A DNA stretch of 27,993 nt from an uncultured Gemmatimonadales bacterium (GCA_963842945.1 CAWJIM010000015.1:1-27993); one strand, 5' to 3'; counted from the stretch's first letter, positions 14,887 to 25,383 are shown. Notes: generated by a model from the letters alone, not told the origin. Translations and numbers: made by a program.

Positions 14887-16571
14887 CAGAATAGTCCTTC
14901 GATGGTGCCATCGGACAGCACCCGGATGGATTCGGCGGCCGGAACCTTGGGCAGGCCCGGCATGGTCATTATGTCGCCCGCGAGGGCGACGACGAAGCCG
15001 GCACCTGCCGATGGGTACACGTCGCGAATGGTAAGCCGGAAGCCGGTGGGACGCCCCAGCTTTGTGGGATCGTCACTGAACGAATACTGGGTCTTGGCAA
15101 TGCAGACCGGAGTCTGGCCCAATCCCATGGACTCACATTGCGCGATGTTCTTCTCAGCCGCCGAGGTATAGTCCACGCCACCCGCTCCATAGATCTCCCG
15201 GGCGATGGTTTCGATCTTCTCCTTGATCGGCCGAGCGACATCGTACAGTGGCTTGAAAGCGCTCTTCCTTTCATCCAACACTGCGAGGATCTCCCGAGCC
15301 ACCGCTTCGCCTCCTTCACCGCCCTTGGCCCAGACCTCACTCAGGGCCGCCCGGGCTCCCCAGCCCTTGGTGGTATCGAGTACCGTTTGCAGCTCCTCCT
15401 GAGTGTCCGAGGTGAAGCGATTGAGTGCCACGACCACCGGCACGCCGAACTTCTGGACGTTTTTGACATGCGCCTCGAGATTGACGAGGCCTCGCTTGAG
15501 CGCTGGGACATCCTCCTTTGCCAGCGCTTCCTTTTTGACTCCGCCGTTCATCTTGAGCGCCCGCACCGTGGCTACCACCACCGCAACCTCGGGCTTGAGC
15601 TGACCCATTCGCGCCTTGATATCGAAGAATTTTTCGGCGCCGAGATCCGCACCGAAGCCGGCCTCAGTGAGCACCAGGTCTCCCAATGAGAGCCCCAGTC
15701 TGGTGGCGACGATGGAATTGCAGCCGTGCGCGATGTTTCCGAACGGCCCACAATGCACCAGTGCCGGCCCGCCCTCCAAAGTCTGTACGAGATTGGGCAG
15801 GATGGCGTCCTTGAGAAGAAGGGTCATGGCGCCAGAGGCCTTGAGGTCGGCCGCGGTGACCGGCTTCCGATCGCGCGTGAGCCCTACGATGATCCGGCCG
15901 ATCCGCGCCTCGAGGTCGGAGAGATCGGTGGCAAGAGCGAGAATCGCCATGATCTCGCTCCCGGGCACGATCACGAACCGTTCCTCCCGCACCGGGCCCG
16001 CGTTGATGCCGCCGAGGCTGATTACCATGGCACGCAGCGCCCGGTCGTTCATGTCCATCGTACGGGGCCAGGTGATGCGCCTGGGGTCTAATCCCAGGGC
16101 ATTGCCCTGATGGAGGTGATTGTCCAGCATGGCAGACAACAGGTTGTGCGCGGAGGTAATCGCGTGGAAATCGCCGGTGAAATGCAGGTTGATCTCATCC
16201 ATGGGGACCACCTGGGCGTAGCCGCCGCCGGCCGCACCGCCTTTGACTCCGAATACTGGGCCTAAGCTCGGCTCCCGAATGCAGACGATCACCTTCTTGC
16301 CGAGCCGGCGCAGCGCCTGGCTCACGCCCACGGTCACGGTGCTCTTGCCTTCTCCCGCGGGCGTGGGATTGATGCCGGTGACCAGAACGAGACGACCCTT
16401 CGGCTTCCTCCGCGCAATCGCTTCGGCGCTGATCTTGGCCTTGTACCGACCGTAGGGCAGGATTTCGTCGGGTCCGAGTCCGGCCTCCGCGGCTACTTCG
16501 GCGATGGGCCGGAGCTTTGCCGCCTGCGCTATGGCGATGTCGGAGGGAACCGGAGTCAGCGTAGCTGTCAC
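14886..16571 (-). CDS. fhs: Formate--tetrahydrofolate ligase
   Basis: [69 protein letters not shown] and IMTMPGLP motifs. Confidence 0.98.
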   Translation of the reverse strand: MTATLTPVPSDIAIAQAAKLRPIAEVAAEAGLGPDEILPYGRYKAKISAEAIARRKPKGRLVLVTGINPTPAGEGKSTVTVGVSQALRRLGKKVIVCIREPSLGPVFGVKGGAAGGGYAQVVPMDEINLHFTGDFHAITSAHNLLSAMLDNHLHQGNALGLDPRRITWPRTMDMNDRALRAMVISLGGINAGPVREERFVIVPGSEIMAILALATDLSDLEARIGRIIVGLTRDRKPVTAADLKASGAMTLLLKDAILPNLVQTLEGGPALVHCGPFGNIAHGCNSIVATRLGLSLGDLVLTEAGFGADLGAEKFFDIKARMGQLKPEVAVVVATVRALKMNGGVKKEALAKEDVPALKRGLVNLEAHVKNVQKFGVPVVVALNRFTSDTQEELQTVLDTTKGWGARAALSEVWAKGGEGGEAVAREILAVLDERKSAFKPLYDVARPIKEKIETIAREIYGAGGVDYTSAAEKNIAQCESMGLGQTPVCIAKTQYSFSDDPTKLGRPTGFRLTIRDVYPSAGAGFVVALAGDIMTMPGLPKVPAAESIRVLSDGTIEGLF

Positions 16572-16584
16572 TGGAAGCTCGCAG

Positions 16585-17361
16585 TCAGGAGTCGGGAGCG
16601 GAGACCTGCAGTTGAAACACCCGGCGCGCGTTCTGGCCGGTCACCTGGATCAATTCGTCAACCGGCATCTCTCGGATCAGCGCGATCCGCTCCGCCACGT
16701 GACGCACAAAGGCGGGCTCGTTGCGCTTTCCCCGATGCGGAACCGGAGCGAGATAGGGACCGTCGGTCTCGAGCAGCAGCCGGTCGATTGGGGTCTCGAG
16801 AATGGCGTCGTCCAGCCGCCAGTTCTTGAAGGTGACCATTCCGCTGAACGACACATAGTGGCGGAGGACCAGCCCCGCTCGCAAGAGCACCATGCCGCTG
16901 CTGAAGGAATGCAGGATGGCCGGCACGTCGGGATGGCCGGCCAGAATGGCGGCAACATCGTCATCCGCTTCTCTCGCATGAATGACAGCCGGCTTCTTTG
17001 CCTCCGCCGCCAGCGCGAGCTGAGCCTCGAACGCCCGGTGCTGCAGTGAACGAGGCGAATGATCGTAGTGGAAATCGAGACCGATCTCCCCCACAGCCAC
17101 GATGCGGGGGTCCTGCAGCAGCTCCCGGAGCCACTGTTCCGAATCCGCGCTCCAGGCGTGGGCATCGTGGGGATGAATGCCGGCGGTGGCGGCCAGCTTC
17201 GGCTCAACCGCAGCCATCGCCAGCGCCGCGTCCGCGCGCTCGCGTGACTCGCCGATCACCACGATCCGCGCAACTCCGGCAGCCCAGGCCCGCTCCAGTA
17301 CCTGGGGGAGATCCGGAGCGTAGGCAGGATCCGCCAGATGGCAGTGGGTGTCGATTAGCAA
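16585..17361 (-). CDS. tatD: TatD family hydrolase/DNase
   Basis: [36 protein letters not shown] and GKRNEP motifs. TTG start. Confidence 0.95.
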   Translation of the reverse strand: MLIDTHCHLADPAYAPDLPQVLERAWAAGVARIVVIGESRERADAALAMAAVEPKLAATAGIHPHDAHAWSADSEQWLRELLQDPRIVAVGEIGLDFHYDHSPRSLQHRAFEAQLALAAEAKKPAVIHAREADDDVAAILAGHPDVPAILHSFSSGMVLLRAGLVLRHYVSFSGMVTFKNWRLDDAILETPIDRLLLETDGPYLAPVPHRGKRNEPAFVRHVAERIALIREMPVDELIQVTGQNARRVFQLQVSAPDS

Positions 17362-17473
17362 AGCGGGGCAGCGGGGAGGCGGGGCAGCGGGGCGGTAGGT
17401 TCAATTCGAAATCGAGGCTCTGGGTGAGAGGGCACCTGGCTGCCCCTCTGCCCCGCCGCCCGCCTGCCCCGCT
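17362..17473. repeat. Inverted-repeat element built from 4 x GCGGGGCA-like octamers on each arm
   Basis: 17363-17394 GCGGGGCA GCGGGGAG GCGGGGCA GCGGGGCG; 17441-17472 TGCCCCTC TGCCCCGC CGCCCGCC TGCCCCGC. 27/32 complementary, 46-nt spacer. Confidence 0.85.
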
Positions 17474-17476
17474 GAT

Positions 17477-18461
17477 TCACCCGACGGTCTGTGGCTTCCG
17501 GCTGGGCGCCGCGGCGGGGGCTTCTTCGTAGCCAGGTGCCCACGAGCGGCGGGACCGGCCAGCGCTGCTCGATGGCCATCAGAACCGGTGAGGCGATGTA
17601 GATCGAAGAGAAAGTCCCGGTGAAGACACCGAAGAGCATCACCAGGGCGAACGGTCTGATCACCTCGCCGCCGAAGATCGCCAGCGCAAGCAGCGTGGCC
17701 ATGGTGGTGCCGTGGGTCAGTACGCTTCGGGGCAGCGTCTCGTTGATCGAGCGATTGAGAATCTGGTCGAATCGTTCCTGCTTGTGCTTGTGCAGGTTCT
17801 CCCGGACCCGGTCGAAGATGATGATGGTGTCGTTGAGCGAATAGCCCACCATCGAGAGCACTGCCGCCACCACCGTGAGGCTGACTTCCAGGCGCATGAA
17901 CCCGATGAACGCAATGGTCGCAAGAATGTCGTGAGCGGTAGCGATGATCGCGGCGAGCCCGAAGCGCCACTCGAAGCGGTATGCCAGGTAGGCCAGCACC
18001 GCAAAGAACGACAGGAATATCGCCAAGAACGCCTTCTGCCGAAGCTCGCCGCCCACCTTGGGGCCCACCGCCTCGGTTCGCACAACGGTGTAGCTTGCCC
18101 TCGCCCAGGACATGATCCAGCGCATGAGCCACCGCCTGCGCCGTGGCCTGGGTGTCGTTGGCATCGCTGCCCGGCTTGGCCACCCGGGCCCGGATGACGT
18201 ACTCGTTATCGGCGCCGAAATTCTGAATCTCGGCGCCGTGGAGTCCCTGCTCGTCGAGCCCGGTCCGGACGACTCAGCCACATCCACCGGCTGCCTGGCT
18301 CTGGATCTGCACAGGGTGCCGCCAGTGAACTCGATGCTGTAGTTGAGCCCCTTGATCAGCAGGAACAGCAGACCCGGGCACAGAATCAGAGCGGTCAGGC
18401 CGTAGGCGTAGTGCCGCAGCGCGATGAAGTCGTAGTTGGCGTTGGAAAAGAGTCGCAGCAT
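17477..18461 (-). CDS. secF: Protein translocase subunit SecF (several frameshifts as sequenced)
   Basis: [57 protein letters not shown] and GTFSSIYIA motifs. The periplasmic part jumps frame at about 18315-18270 and about 18095. Probable true end ...[13 protein letters not shown] at 17477. Confidence 0.92.
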
Positions 18462-18462
18462 G

Positions 18463-20175
18463 TCAGATACTCAGGGTTGACAGGGCCGGCCGGCGACTGA
18501 GCCAGATCATGTAGAAGGTACGGGTGACGAAGATCGAGGTGATCATCGAGGCGATGATACCCAGAATCAGGGTAACGGCAAAGCCCTTCACCGGGCCGGT
18601 GCCGAACTGGAATAGGAACAGGGCGGTCAAGCACCGTGCAGACGTTGGAGTCGACGATGGCGTTCATCGCGTGGCGGAAGCCTTCGTCGATGGCCAGCCG
18701 CACCGTCTTGCCGTGCATCAGCTCTTCTCGAATTCGCTCGAAAATCAGCACGTTGTTGTCCACCGCGATACCGATGGATAGCACGATGCCGGCCAGGCCC
18801 GGCAGCGTGAGGGTCGCACTGATCATCGCCAGCGCGCCCAGCGTGAACAGGATGATACAGCCGCCAGCGCGACGACCGCGAGTGCCCCGCTAGCGCGATA
18901 GTACACCGAGCATGATCAGGACCACCATGGCGGTACCGACTAATCCGGCGGTGATGCCCTTGTGAATGGAGTCGCTGCCCAGACTGGCGCCCACCTGCCG
19001 CTCCTCCACGATCTTGAGCGGGAATGGGCAGTGCGCCGGCCTTGAGGGTGAGGGCCAGGTCCTGGGCTTCCTGCAGGCTCTTGCCACCCAGGGTGATCTG
19101 ACCGTTACGCCCGATGCGGCTCTGAATGACGGGGGGTCTACCCTGCACTCTGCCATCCAGCAGGATTGCCATGTAGTCACCCACGTGCTTCCCGGTCTCG
19201 TCACCGAACCGCCGTCCGCCGGCACGGTCCAGCTCGAAGGTGACGATGGGTCCATTGGTCAGCGGATCGAGCTGAGCCTGCGCATTCACTAGATTCGCGC
19301 CGGTAACGATGCTCTTGTCCTCGAGGGCATAGAGGAAGCGTACCGGCTGAACTCCGACGCTCGTGGGCGCGGCGCTCCACCGCAACACCACACCCCGGGG
19401 CAGCTGGCGGGCCACCGCCGGCAGATTGAAGAGACTGTCCACCCGGGGAAACGCGGTCTCCGGCACCGCATATTCGCCCGGCACTCCGCCGGGGCCCGCC
19501 GGCTGAATCAACCCGCTGAGCACGCCGCCGGGCACCGGCGTGGTGTCCTGAGCCGCGCTGTCTCGCCCAGTGGTATCCTTGCGGCTCTTGGCCTTGCGAC
19601 TGGTGTCCGGCTTGGCGCTGTCCTTCGGGGCGGTGCGCGACGTGTCGCCACCCAGGAGCTGTTGTACGGCGGAGGGCTTCTCCGGCTGCAGCCTGACCCT
19701 TGATGCCCATGCTCTTGAGGGTCCGGTCCATGGCGGGCAGAGCCTTCTCCAGGGCCCCGGTCTCATTGGTGATCTTGAATTCGAGGAATGCGCTCCTCTG
19801 CACGATGCCCTTGGCCCGGGCAGGATCGGTGATGCCGGCCAGCTCGACGACGATCCGATTGTCGCCCACCTTCTGGACCAGTGGCTCCTCGACCCCGAAC
19901 TCGTCAATCCGCTTCCGGAGCACCGTTAGGGCGAGATCGACGTCCTTCTTGGGATCGGCCGACACCTGCTTGGATTGATCCAGCTCCAGGGCCAGGTGCA
20001 TCCCGCCCTGGAGATCCAGCCCACGCTTCAGCGGCACCCGGGTCACCACGGTGTCGCGCATGACCCCGCTGGGACCGCGCTCGCGGATGGTCACATTCCG
20101 GGGAAAGAGGAAGTAGACCGAGGCGGCCACCAGTGCGGCGATCAGGAGCAATCGGGAACGAATCGAGGCGAACAT
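18463..20175 (-). CDS. secD: Protein translocase subunit SecD (several frameshifts as sequenced)
   Basis: [77 protein letters not shown] and [12 protein letters not shown] are spread over different frames, with shifts near 19685, 19020, 18905-18860 and 18630. Confidence 0.93.
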
Positions 20176-20189
20176 GCGGTATCAGGCTC

Positions 20190-21161
20190 TCAGGCGTGCG
20201 AGACGCGGCTTGGTGTTGAACGTCGCCTGGCGAGCACCGCCAGAGCGTGTTGACGATCCTGCTGCATTTGCGCTTTCAGCTCCTCGATGGTGACAAATCG
20301 TTCGATGTCGCGCAACCGCTCGACCCATTCGATCCGAACCCACTCACCGTAGAGGTCACCGTTAAAATCGAAGAGGTGAGCCTCGAGCGTGCGCCGTCCG
20401 TCCTGGAACGTCGGCCGGGGCCCCTGGCTCATCATTCCCTCGGCGCGGCCACCGCGCCACTCCACCGCCACGGCGTATACTCCATCGGGCGGCAGAAGCT
20501 TTCGAGGCGAGACCTCAGTCAAATTGATCGTGGGGACACCGAGAGCACGTCCCCGGCGCTCTCCCTGTCCCACCCGCCCGACAACGCCATAGGGCCGTCC
20601 CAGCATGGCCCCCGCGCTGAGCAGATCTCCTCCCGCCACGGCCCGGCGGATCCGGCTGCTGGACACGTGCTGTCCTGCGAAGTCCACCGGGTCCACCACG
20701 TCCACCTGGAAGCCCTTGACCGCGCCCATCCGCCGCAGCGTCTCGACGTCCCCACTTCTTCCCCGGCCAAACCCGTGATCGTGTCCGATCACCAACTCGC
20801 GGACCGCACACCGCTCGAGCAGAACCTCGCGCACGAAACCTTCGGGCGTGAGCCCCGCCAGGTAGCGGTCGAAGCGCAGGAGAAGCACGTAATCAAGCGG
20901 GGATTGCACCAAAATTTCCAGCCGCTCCGCCCCGGTGGTGAGGAGGGGTGGCGCCGCGCCGGGATTCACCACCTCGAGCGGGTGGGGATCGAACGTCACC
21001 AAGACGCTCGCCCGGCCGCCGGCGCGGGCTCGCTGCCCGATTTCTCGAAGCACCGCCTGGTGACCCAAGTGAACCCCGTCGAAGGAACCGACGGTGACGG
21101 TGCTGCCATTCGGCAGTAGGGGCAGCGAGGCAGCGGGGCCGCGGGGCTGCGTTGGGCTCAT
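20190..21161 (-). CDS. ribF: Bifunctional riboflavin kinase / FAD synthetase
   Basis: GSFDGVHLGHQ, TFDPHP, VSSSRIR, RGRALGVPTIN, GVYA and LEAHLFDFNGDLYG motifs. ATG 21161 overlaps the truB TGA. Confidence 0.97.
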   Translation of the reverse strand: MSPTQPRGPAASLPLLPNGSTVTVGSFDGVHLGHQAVLREIGQRARAGGRASVLVTFDPHPLEVVNPGAAPPLLTTGAERLEILVQSPLDYVLLLRFDRYLAGLTPEGFVREVLLERCAVRELVIGHDHGFGRGRSGDVETLRRMGAVKGFQVDVVDPVDFAGQHVSSSRIRRAVAGGDLLSAGAMLGRPYGVVGRVGQGERRGRALGVPTINLTEVSPRKLLPPDGVYAVAVEWRGGRAEGMMSQGPRPTFQDGRRTLEAHLFDFNGDLYGEWVRIEWVERLRDIERFVTIEELKAQMQQDRQHALAVLARRRSTPSRVSHA

Positions 21162-21282
21162 GCAGTGTCCAACACGACCGTAGGACGGAGCCAACCATCC
21201 TCAGCTTGAGCGACTGCAATCAGCTCTCCGCGCCCCAGCAGCACGACGACTGCCCCACTGCCCCACTGCCCCGCCGCCCCGC
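21117..21282. repeat. Second octamer inverted-repeat element, embedded in the ribF 5' end and truB 3' end
   Basis: 21117-21148 TAGGGGCA GCGAGGCA GCGGGGCC GCGGGGCT; 21251-21282 TGCCCCAC TGCCCCAC TGCCCCGC CGCCCCGC. Confidence 0.75.
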
Positions 21283-22024
21283 TGTCTTTCACCGCCCGTC
21301 CATGAACCACCGCGTTGCGCGCGGTCTCGTCCAAATCCACGCTGGGCAAATCGCGAAGCACGGACTGAGGACTGAGGACGGCTGCCGGGCCGAGCTGCTC
21401 CAAGAGCACAGCGTCTTCCACCACGAGCGAGCCGATAGCCTCGCGACGGAGCGCGGTGAGATGGGCCCCGACTCCAAGCTGATGGCCCAGGTCGCGGGCG
21501 AGGGCACGAACGTAAGTGCCAGGACCGACCACGGCGCGAAAGCGCAGCTCGGGAGGACTATAGTCCACCAGCTCGATATCATGGACCATCACCGGGACCT
21601 CGGCCAGCTCGACCAGTTCCCCGCGCCGGGCTTTCCGGTAGCTGCGCTCGCCGGCGACCCGCTTGGCCGAAAAGGCGGGCGGACGCTGCGGGTGCTGACC
21701 GAGGAACGTCGCCAGCTCTTCACGCACCCGCACCTCGGGAACCGACTCTGAATTCGGAAAGTGGGCGATGACCTCGCCGGTGAGATCATCGGTCGCGGTC
21801 TGAATCCCGAGGCGCGCAGTGGCCAGATACCGCTTGGGCTGGCGTTCCACGAAACGGGCCAGGCGGGTGGCGCGCCCGACCAGCACCACCAGGAGACCAC
21901 TGGCGAACGGATCGAGGGTGCCGGTGTGTCCTGCCGCTCGGGTCTTCAACGCTCGCCTGACCCGATGCACCACGTCATGGGAGGTCGGTCCGACCGGTTT
22001 GTCCACCAGAACCGCTCCGATCAG
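21158..22024 (-). CDS. truB: tRNA pseudouridine(55) synthase
   Basis: DKPVGPTSHDVV, AGHTGTLDPFASG, PPAFSAK, GTYVRALARDLG and LRREAIG motifs. Proposed CTG start at 22024 (the ORF track uses GTG 22006). Confidence 0.96.
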   Translation of the reverse strand: MIGAVLVDKPVGPTSHDVVHRVRRALKTRAAGHTGTLDPFASGLLVVLVGRATRLARFVERQPKRYLATARLGIQTATDDLTGEVIAHFPNSESVPEVRVREELATFLGQHPQRPPAFSAKRVAGERSYRKARRGELVELAEVPVMVHDIELVDYSPPELRFRAVVGPGTYVRALARDLGHQLGVGAHLTALRREAIGSLVVEDAVLLEQLGPAAVLSPQSVLRDLPSVDLDETARNAVVHGRAVKDSGAAGQWGSGAVVVLLGRGELIAVAQAEDGWLRPTVVLDTA

Positions 22025-22380
22025 TCCGTGTCCTCCTGCCGAATCGTGTTCAGCAGCTCGTTGATACGTGCGGCGTGCTCCAGACCGCGGTCCAGCTCGA
22101 AGTGGAGCTCGGGTACCGTCCGCGTGGTCAGGGTGCGGGCCGCCCGTGATCTGAGGAAGCCGGCGGCACTCTGCAATCCTTCGAGTGCTCGCGCCTTCTC
22201 GGCATCCTCGCCGGGAACGCTGACCATGACCCGGGCATGGGACAGATCGTTGCTCACCAATACGCCGGTGATAGTCACGAAACCGACCCGTGGATCCCGA
22301 ATTTCGCGCGCCATCGCGTCGGTGATCACCTGTCGCAGCGTTTCGGCCATCTGCTCCGGCCGACGGGAGGAGCCCTTCAT
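22021..22380 (-). CDS. rbfA: 30S ribosome-binding factor A
   Basis: IRDPRVGFVTITGV, DLSHARV, GLQSAAGFLR and VPELHFELD motifs. ATG 22380 overlaps the upstream TGA. Confidence 0.96.
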   Translation of the reverse strand: MKGSSRRPEQMAETLRQVITDAMAREIRDPRVGFVTITGVLVSNDLSHARVMVSVPGEDAEKARALEGLQSAAGFLRSRAARTLTTRTVPELHFELDRGLEHAARINELLNTIRQEDTD

Positions 22381-22658
22381 CGGTACACCGTCACGGTATC
22401 GACAATGCGCACGCCATCGGTCTCCTCCACCATCCGGTCGGCCGCGCGCAAGGTCTCGTCCACTACCGTTCGGGCACTTCCTACGGCTGCACAGGCGATT
22501 TCCGCCCGCTGCCACAGATCCTGGTGCCCGGTTTCCGCCACCGACACGTTGAGATTCCGGCGCAGGCCACTGGTCAGTGGCTTGAGCACTCCCCGCTTCT
22601 CCTTCAAAGAATGGCAGGCCGGAAGGTGGAGCTCCCAGCTGGTAATGGCGACAATCAG
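22377..22658 (-). CDS. DUF503 (YlxP-like) protein
   Basis: ELHLPACHSLKEKR, NVSVAE and QDLWQRA motifs. Canonical position between infB and rbfA. Proposed CTG start at 22658. Confidence 0.9.
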   Translation of the reverse strand: MIVAITSWELHLPACHSLKEKRGVLKPLTSGLRRNLNVSVAETGHQDLWQRAEIACAAVGSARTVVDETLRAADRMVEETDGVRIVDTVTVYR

Positions 22659-25372
22659 CTCCTGGCTCCCAGCTCTCCGGCCGCCGGCTGCAGCGTCCGT
22701 TTGATCTCTTCCATCCGGAACGACTCGATTCGGTCGCCCACCTTGAGATCGTTGAAGTTCTCGATCCCGATACCGCACTCGAGACCTTCCCGGACCTCTC
22801 GCACATCGTCCTTGAAGCGTTTGAGACTGGAGAGCGAGCCGGTATACACCGTGGTGCCGTCGCGGATAATCCGGGCCTTGGCGGTCCGTTGAATGGTTCC
22901 GCTGCGCACCGTGCACCCGGCGATGGTGCCGACCTTACTGACCTTGAAGAGCTGGAGCACTTCGGCCTCCCCCAGCACGGTTTCCCGCTCCTCCGGCTTG
23001 AGCAGACCTTCGAGCGCGTTCCGAACATCCTCCACCGCTTCGTAGATGATGCGATAGGTGCGCACGTCTACCTGCTCCCGTTCGGCCGCAGTCCGGGCGT
23101 TGCTGTCGGGTCGCACGTGGAAGCCCAGGACGATCGCCCCTGAGGCCTTGGCCAGCAGAATATCGCTTTCGGTGATGGCCCCCACGCCCCGGTGCACCAC
23201 GTCCACCCGCACCTCGCTGGTGCTCAGTTGGGCCAGCGCGTCGGCCAGAGCTTCGGCCGGTCCACCTTGGTCCGCCTTGATGATGATCCGGAGAGTGGAG
23301 ACTTCGCCTTCCTTGAGGGCGCGGCTGAAGTCTTCCAGGGACGTCCCCTTGGCGCTCCTGCGGTTCTGGGCTTCTCGCTCCAGCCGCTGGCGCTTCTGGG
23401 CGATGTCGCGCGCCTCGTTGGCGTCGGTGACCACGGCGAAGATGTCTCCAGCCGCCGGCACCCCCTCGAACCCGAGAATCTGAACCGGTATGGAGGGTCC
23501 GGCGGCCTTCACCGCTTTCCCCCGTTCGTCGTACAGCGCCCGAACGCGACCGGAGAACTTGCCGCAGATGAAATTGTCACCACCCGCCAGAGTGCCTCGC
23601 TGGATCAGGATGGTAGCGAGCGGACCCTTCCCAGGGTCGAGGGTAGCCTCGAGCACTACACCGTGGCCCTTGCCGCTCGGATTGGCCTTGAGGTCCAGGA
23701 TTTCGGCCTGAAGCAGGATCTGCTCCAGGAGGTGGTCGATGCCGGTTCCCTTCTTGGCCGAGATTTCGGCGGAGAGCACCGTGCCGCCGTACTCCTCGAG
23801 CACCACGTTGTGCTGTAGCAGGTCCTGTTTGACCTTGGGCACGTTAGCCGTGGGCAGATCGATCTTATTGATGGCCACGATCATCGGCACGCCGGCGTTG
23901 CGCGCGTGGCTGATGGCCTCGACCGTCTGAGGCATGACCTGATCGTCGGCGGCAACCACTAATACCACGATGTCGGTGACCTGAGCCCCGCGCGCCCGCA
24001 TGGCGGTGAAGGCCTGGTGACCGGGCGTATCGAGAAAGGTGATCCTCTTCTCACCCGGCAGCTCGACGTGGTAGGCGCCGATGTGCTGGGTAATGCCGCC
24101 CGCCTCGCCGGCCACGATGTTGGCCTTGCGAATGTAGTCGAGCAGCGAGGTCTTACCGTGGTCGACGTGGCCCATGATGGTGACGACCGGTGGGCGGGGC
24201 GCCAGCTGTTCCGGGCTTTCCTCGGCCGTACTCGTCTCGGCCTCGGCGGCGTATTCGTCTTCTCGCACCGCCTGGAACCCGAAGGCCGACGCGATCAACT
24301 CGATCTGGTCGAAGTCGAGACGCTGGTTCACCGTGACCATGAGTCCCAGTTCCTTGAAGGCAAACTGGACGATCTGGGTTGCGGGCACCTTCATAGCGGT
24401 GGCCAGCTCGGAGACGGAGATGAATTCGTTGACCCGGATGAGGGTCTTTTCCCGCTCCTTCTCCTCGGCCAAGCGGCCGGCCTGCACCTCGCGGAACGAG
24501 GGCTCGTCCGGCCGGCGCCCCTTGCGCCCTGCCGGTCCCTTCATGCCCTGCAGCGTGCGCAGGATATTCGCGTGCACCGCTTCCTGATCCACCGAGGAGC
24601 GCTTGCCCTTCTTCCCCTTCTTCCTGCCGCCGCCCTTTTCGGCGTCGGGGCCAAAGGCGCGTTGCGGCGCGGGGCGATCGCCGCCCGGACGACCAGGGAC
24701 ACCGGGCCGAGAAGGCGCGCCCGGTCGGGAGGACGACGGTGGCGCGCTACTGCTGAACACCGGTTTGGGGCCACGTGGCGTTGGAGCAGCGGGTCGCTGC
24801 ACCCGGGGCGGAATGAACGGTGCCCGAGTAGGCGTGGGTGCGGGAGTCGAGGCCGGACGGAATGCCGCGGCATCGGGAGAACCGCCGTTCGCGGGCTCCT
24901 CCTCAGTGGCAACCTCACCGTCATCCGACTGGGGCGGCGCGGGCGGAAGATCCTTAAAGAGGGCGCGGGCGCGTTCCTCCAGCGTTTGCGCCGGGCCGAC
25001 CTCTTCCACCTCGTGGATCACCGGGCGCTCCAGCTCGAGGGCCGCAAGCTCGGCTGCCTTCTCCGCCTGCTCCTGGGCCTCTACCTGAGCCACTTCGGCC
25101 GCCGTGCGACGGCGTTTCGTGGGTTTGGCTTCAGCCGCAACCGGCGCGGGTTCCGCCTTGGCCGCCTTGCGCCGCCCCTTCTTCGCGGCGGGCTCATCTG
25201 CGCTGCGGCGCTTCTCGCGCTCCCAGCGCACCCGCACGGCCGACACCTGGTCGCTTTCCAGGGCCGACATGTGGCTGCGCACGAAGATGTTCATGTCCTT
25301 GAGCATGTTGAGGAGCTGCTCAGGAGCGACACCGAACTCCGCTGCCAGATCGTGGACTCTTGTTTTAACCAC
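22655..25372 (-). CDS. infB: Translation initiation factor IF-2
   Basis: RVHDLAAE N-domain, RPPVVTIMGHVDHGKTSLLD, EAGGITQHIGAY, FLDTPGH, NKID, YRIIYEA and SLKRFKDDVREVREGLECGI motifs. Confidence 0.99.
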   Translation of the reverse strand: MVKTRVHDLAAEFGVAPEQLLNMLKDMNIFVRSHMSALESDQVSAVRVRWEREKRRSADEPAAKKGRRKAAKAEPAPVAAEAKPTKRRRTAAEVAQVEAQEQAEKAAELAALELERPVIHEVEEVGPAQTLEERARALFKDLPPAPPQSDDGEVATEEEPANGGSPDAAAFRPASTPAPTPTRAPFIPPRVQRPAAPTPRGPKPVFSSSAPPSSSRPGAPSRPGVPGRPGGDRPAPQRAFGPDAEKGGGRKKGKKGKRSSVDQEAVHANILRTLQGMKGPAGRKGRRPDEPSFREVQAGRLAEEKEREKTLIRVNEFISVSELATAMKVPATQIVQFAFKELGLMVTVNQRLDFDQIELIASAFGFQAVREDEYAAEAETSTAEESPEQLAPRPPVVTIMGHVDHGKTSLLDYIRKANIVAGEAGGITQHIGAYHVELPGEKRITFLDTPGHQAFTAMRARGAQVTDIVVLVVAADDQVMPQTVEAISHARNAGVPMIVAINKIDLPTANVPKVKQDLLQHNVVLEEYGGTVLSAEISAKKGTGIDHLLEQILLQAEILDLKANPSGKGHGVVLEATLDPGKGPLATILIQRGTLAGGDNFICGKFSGRVRALYDERGKAVKAAGPSIPVQILGFEGVPAAGDIFAVVTDANEARDIAQKRQRLEREAQNRRSAKGTSLEDFSRALKEGEVSTLRIIIKADQGGPAEALADALAQLSTSEVRVDVVHRGVGAITESDILLAKASGAIVLGFHVRPDSNARTAAEREQVDVRTYRIIYEAVEDVRNALEGLLKPEERETVLGEAEVLQLFKVSKVGTIAGCTVRSGTIQRTAKARIIRDGTTVYTGSLSSLKRFKDDVREVREGLECGIGIENFNDLKVGDRIESFRMEEIKRTLQPAAGELGARS

Positions 25373-25383
25373 TCATGCCTCCA

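Noticed and set aside
17362..17473. CRISPR array
   Set aside because: These are 8-nt tandem units without unique spacers, and there are no cas genes.
22381..23028. N-terminal extensions of rbfA (335-aa ORF) and DUF503 (179-aa ORF)
   Set aside because: They overlap infB/DUF503 out of frame. Family homology starts at 22380 and 22658.
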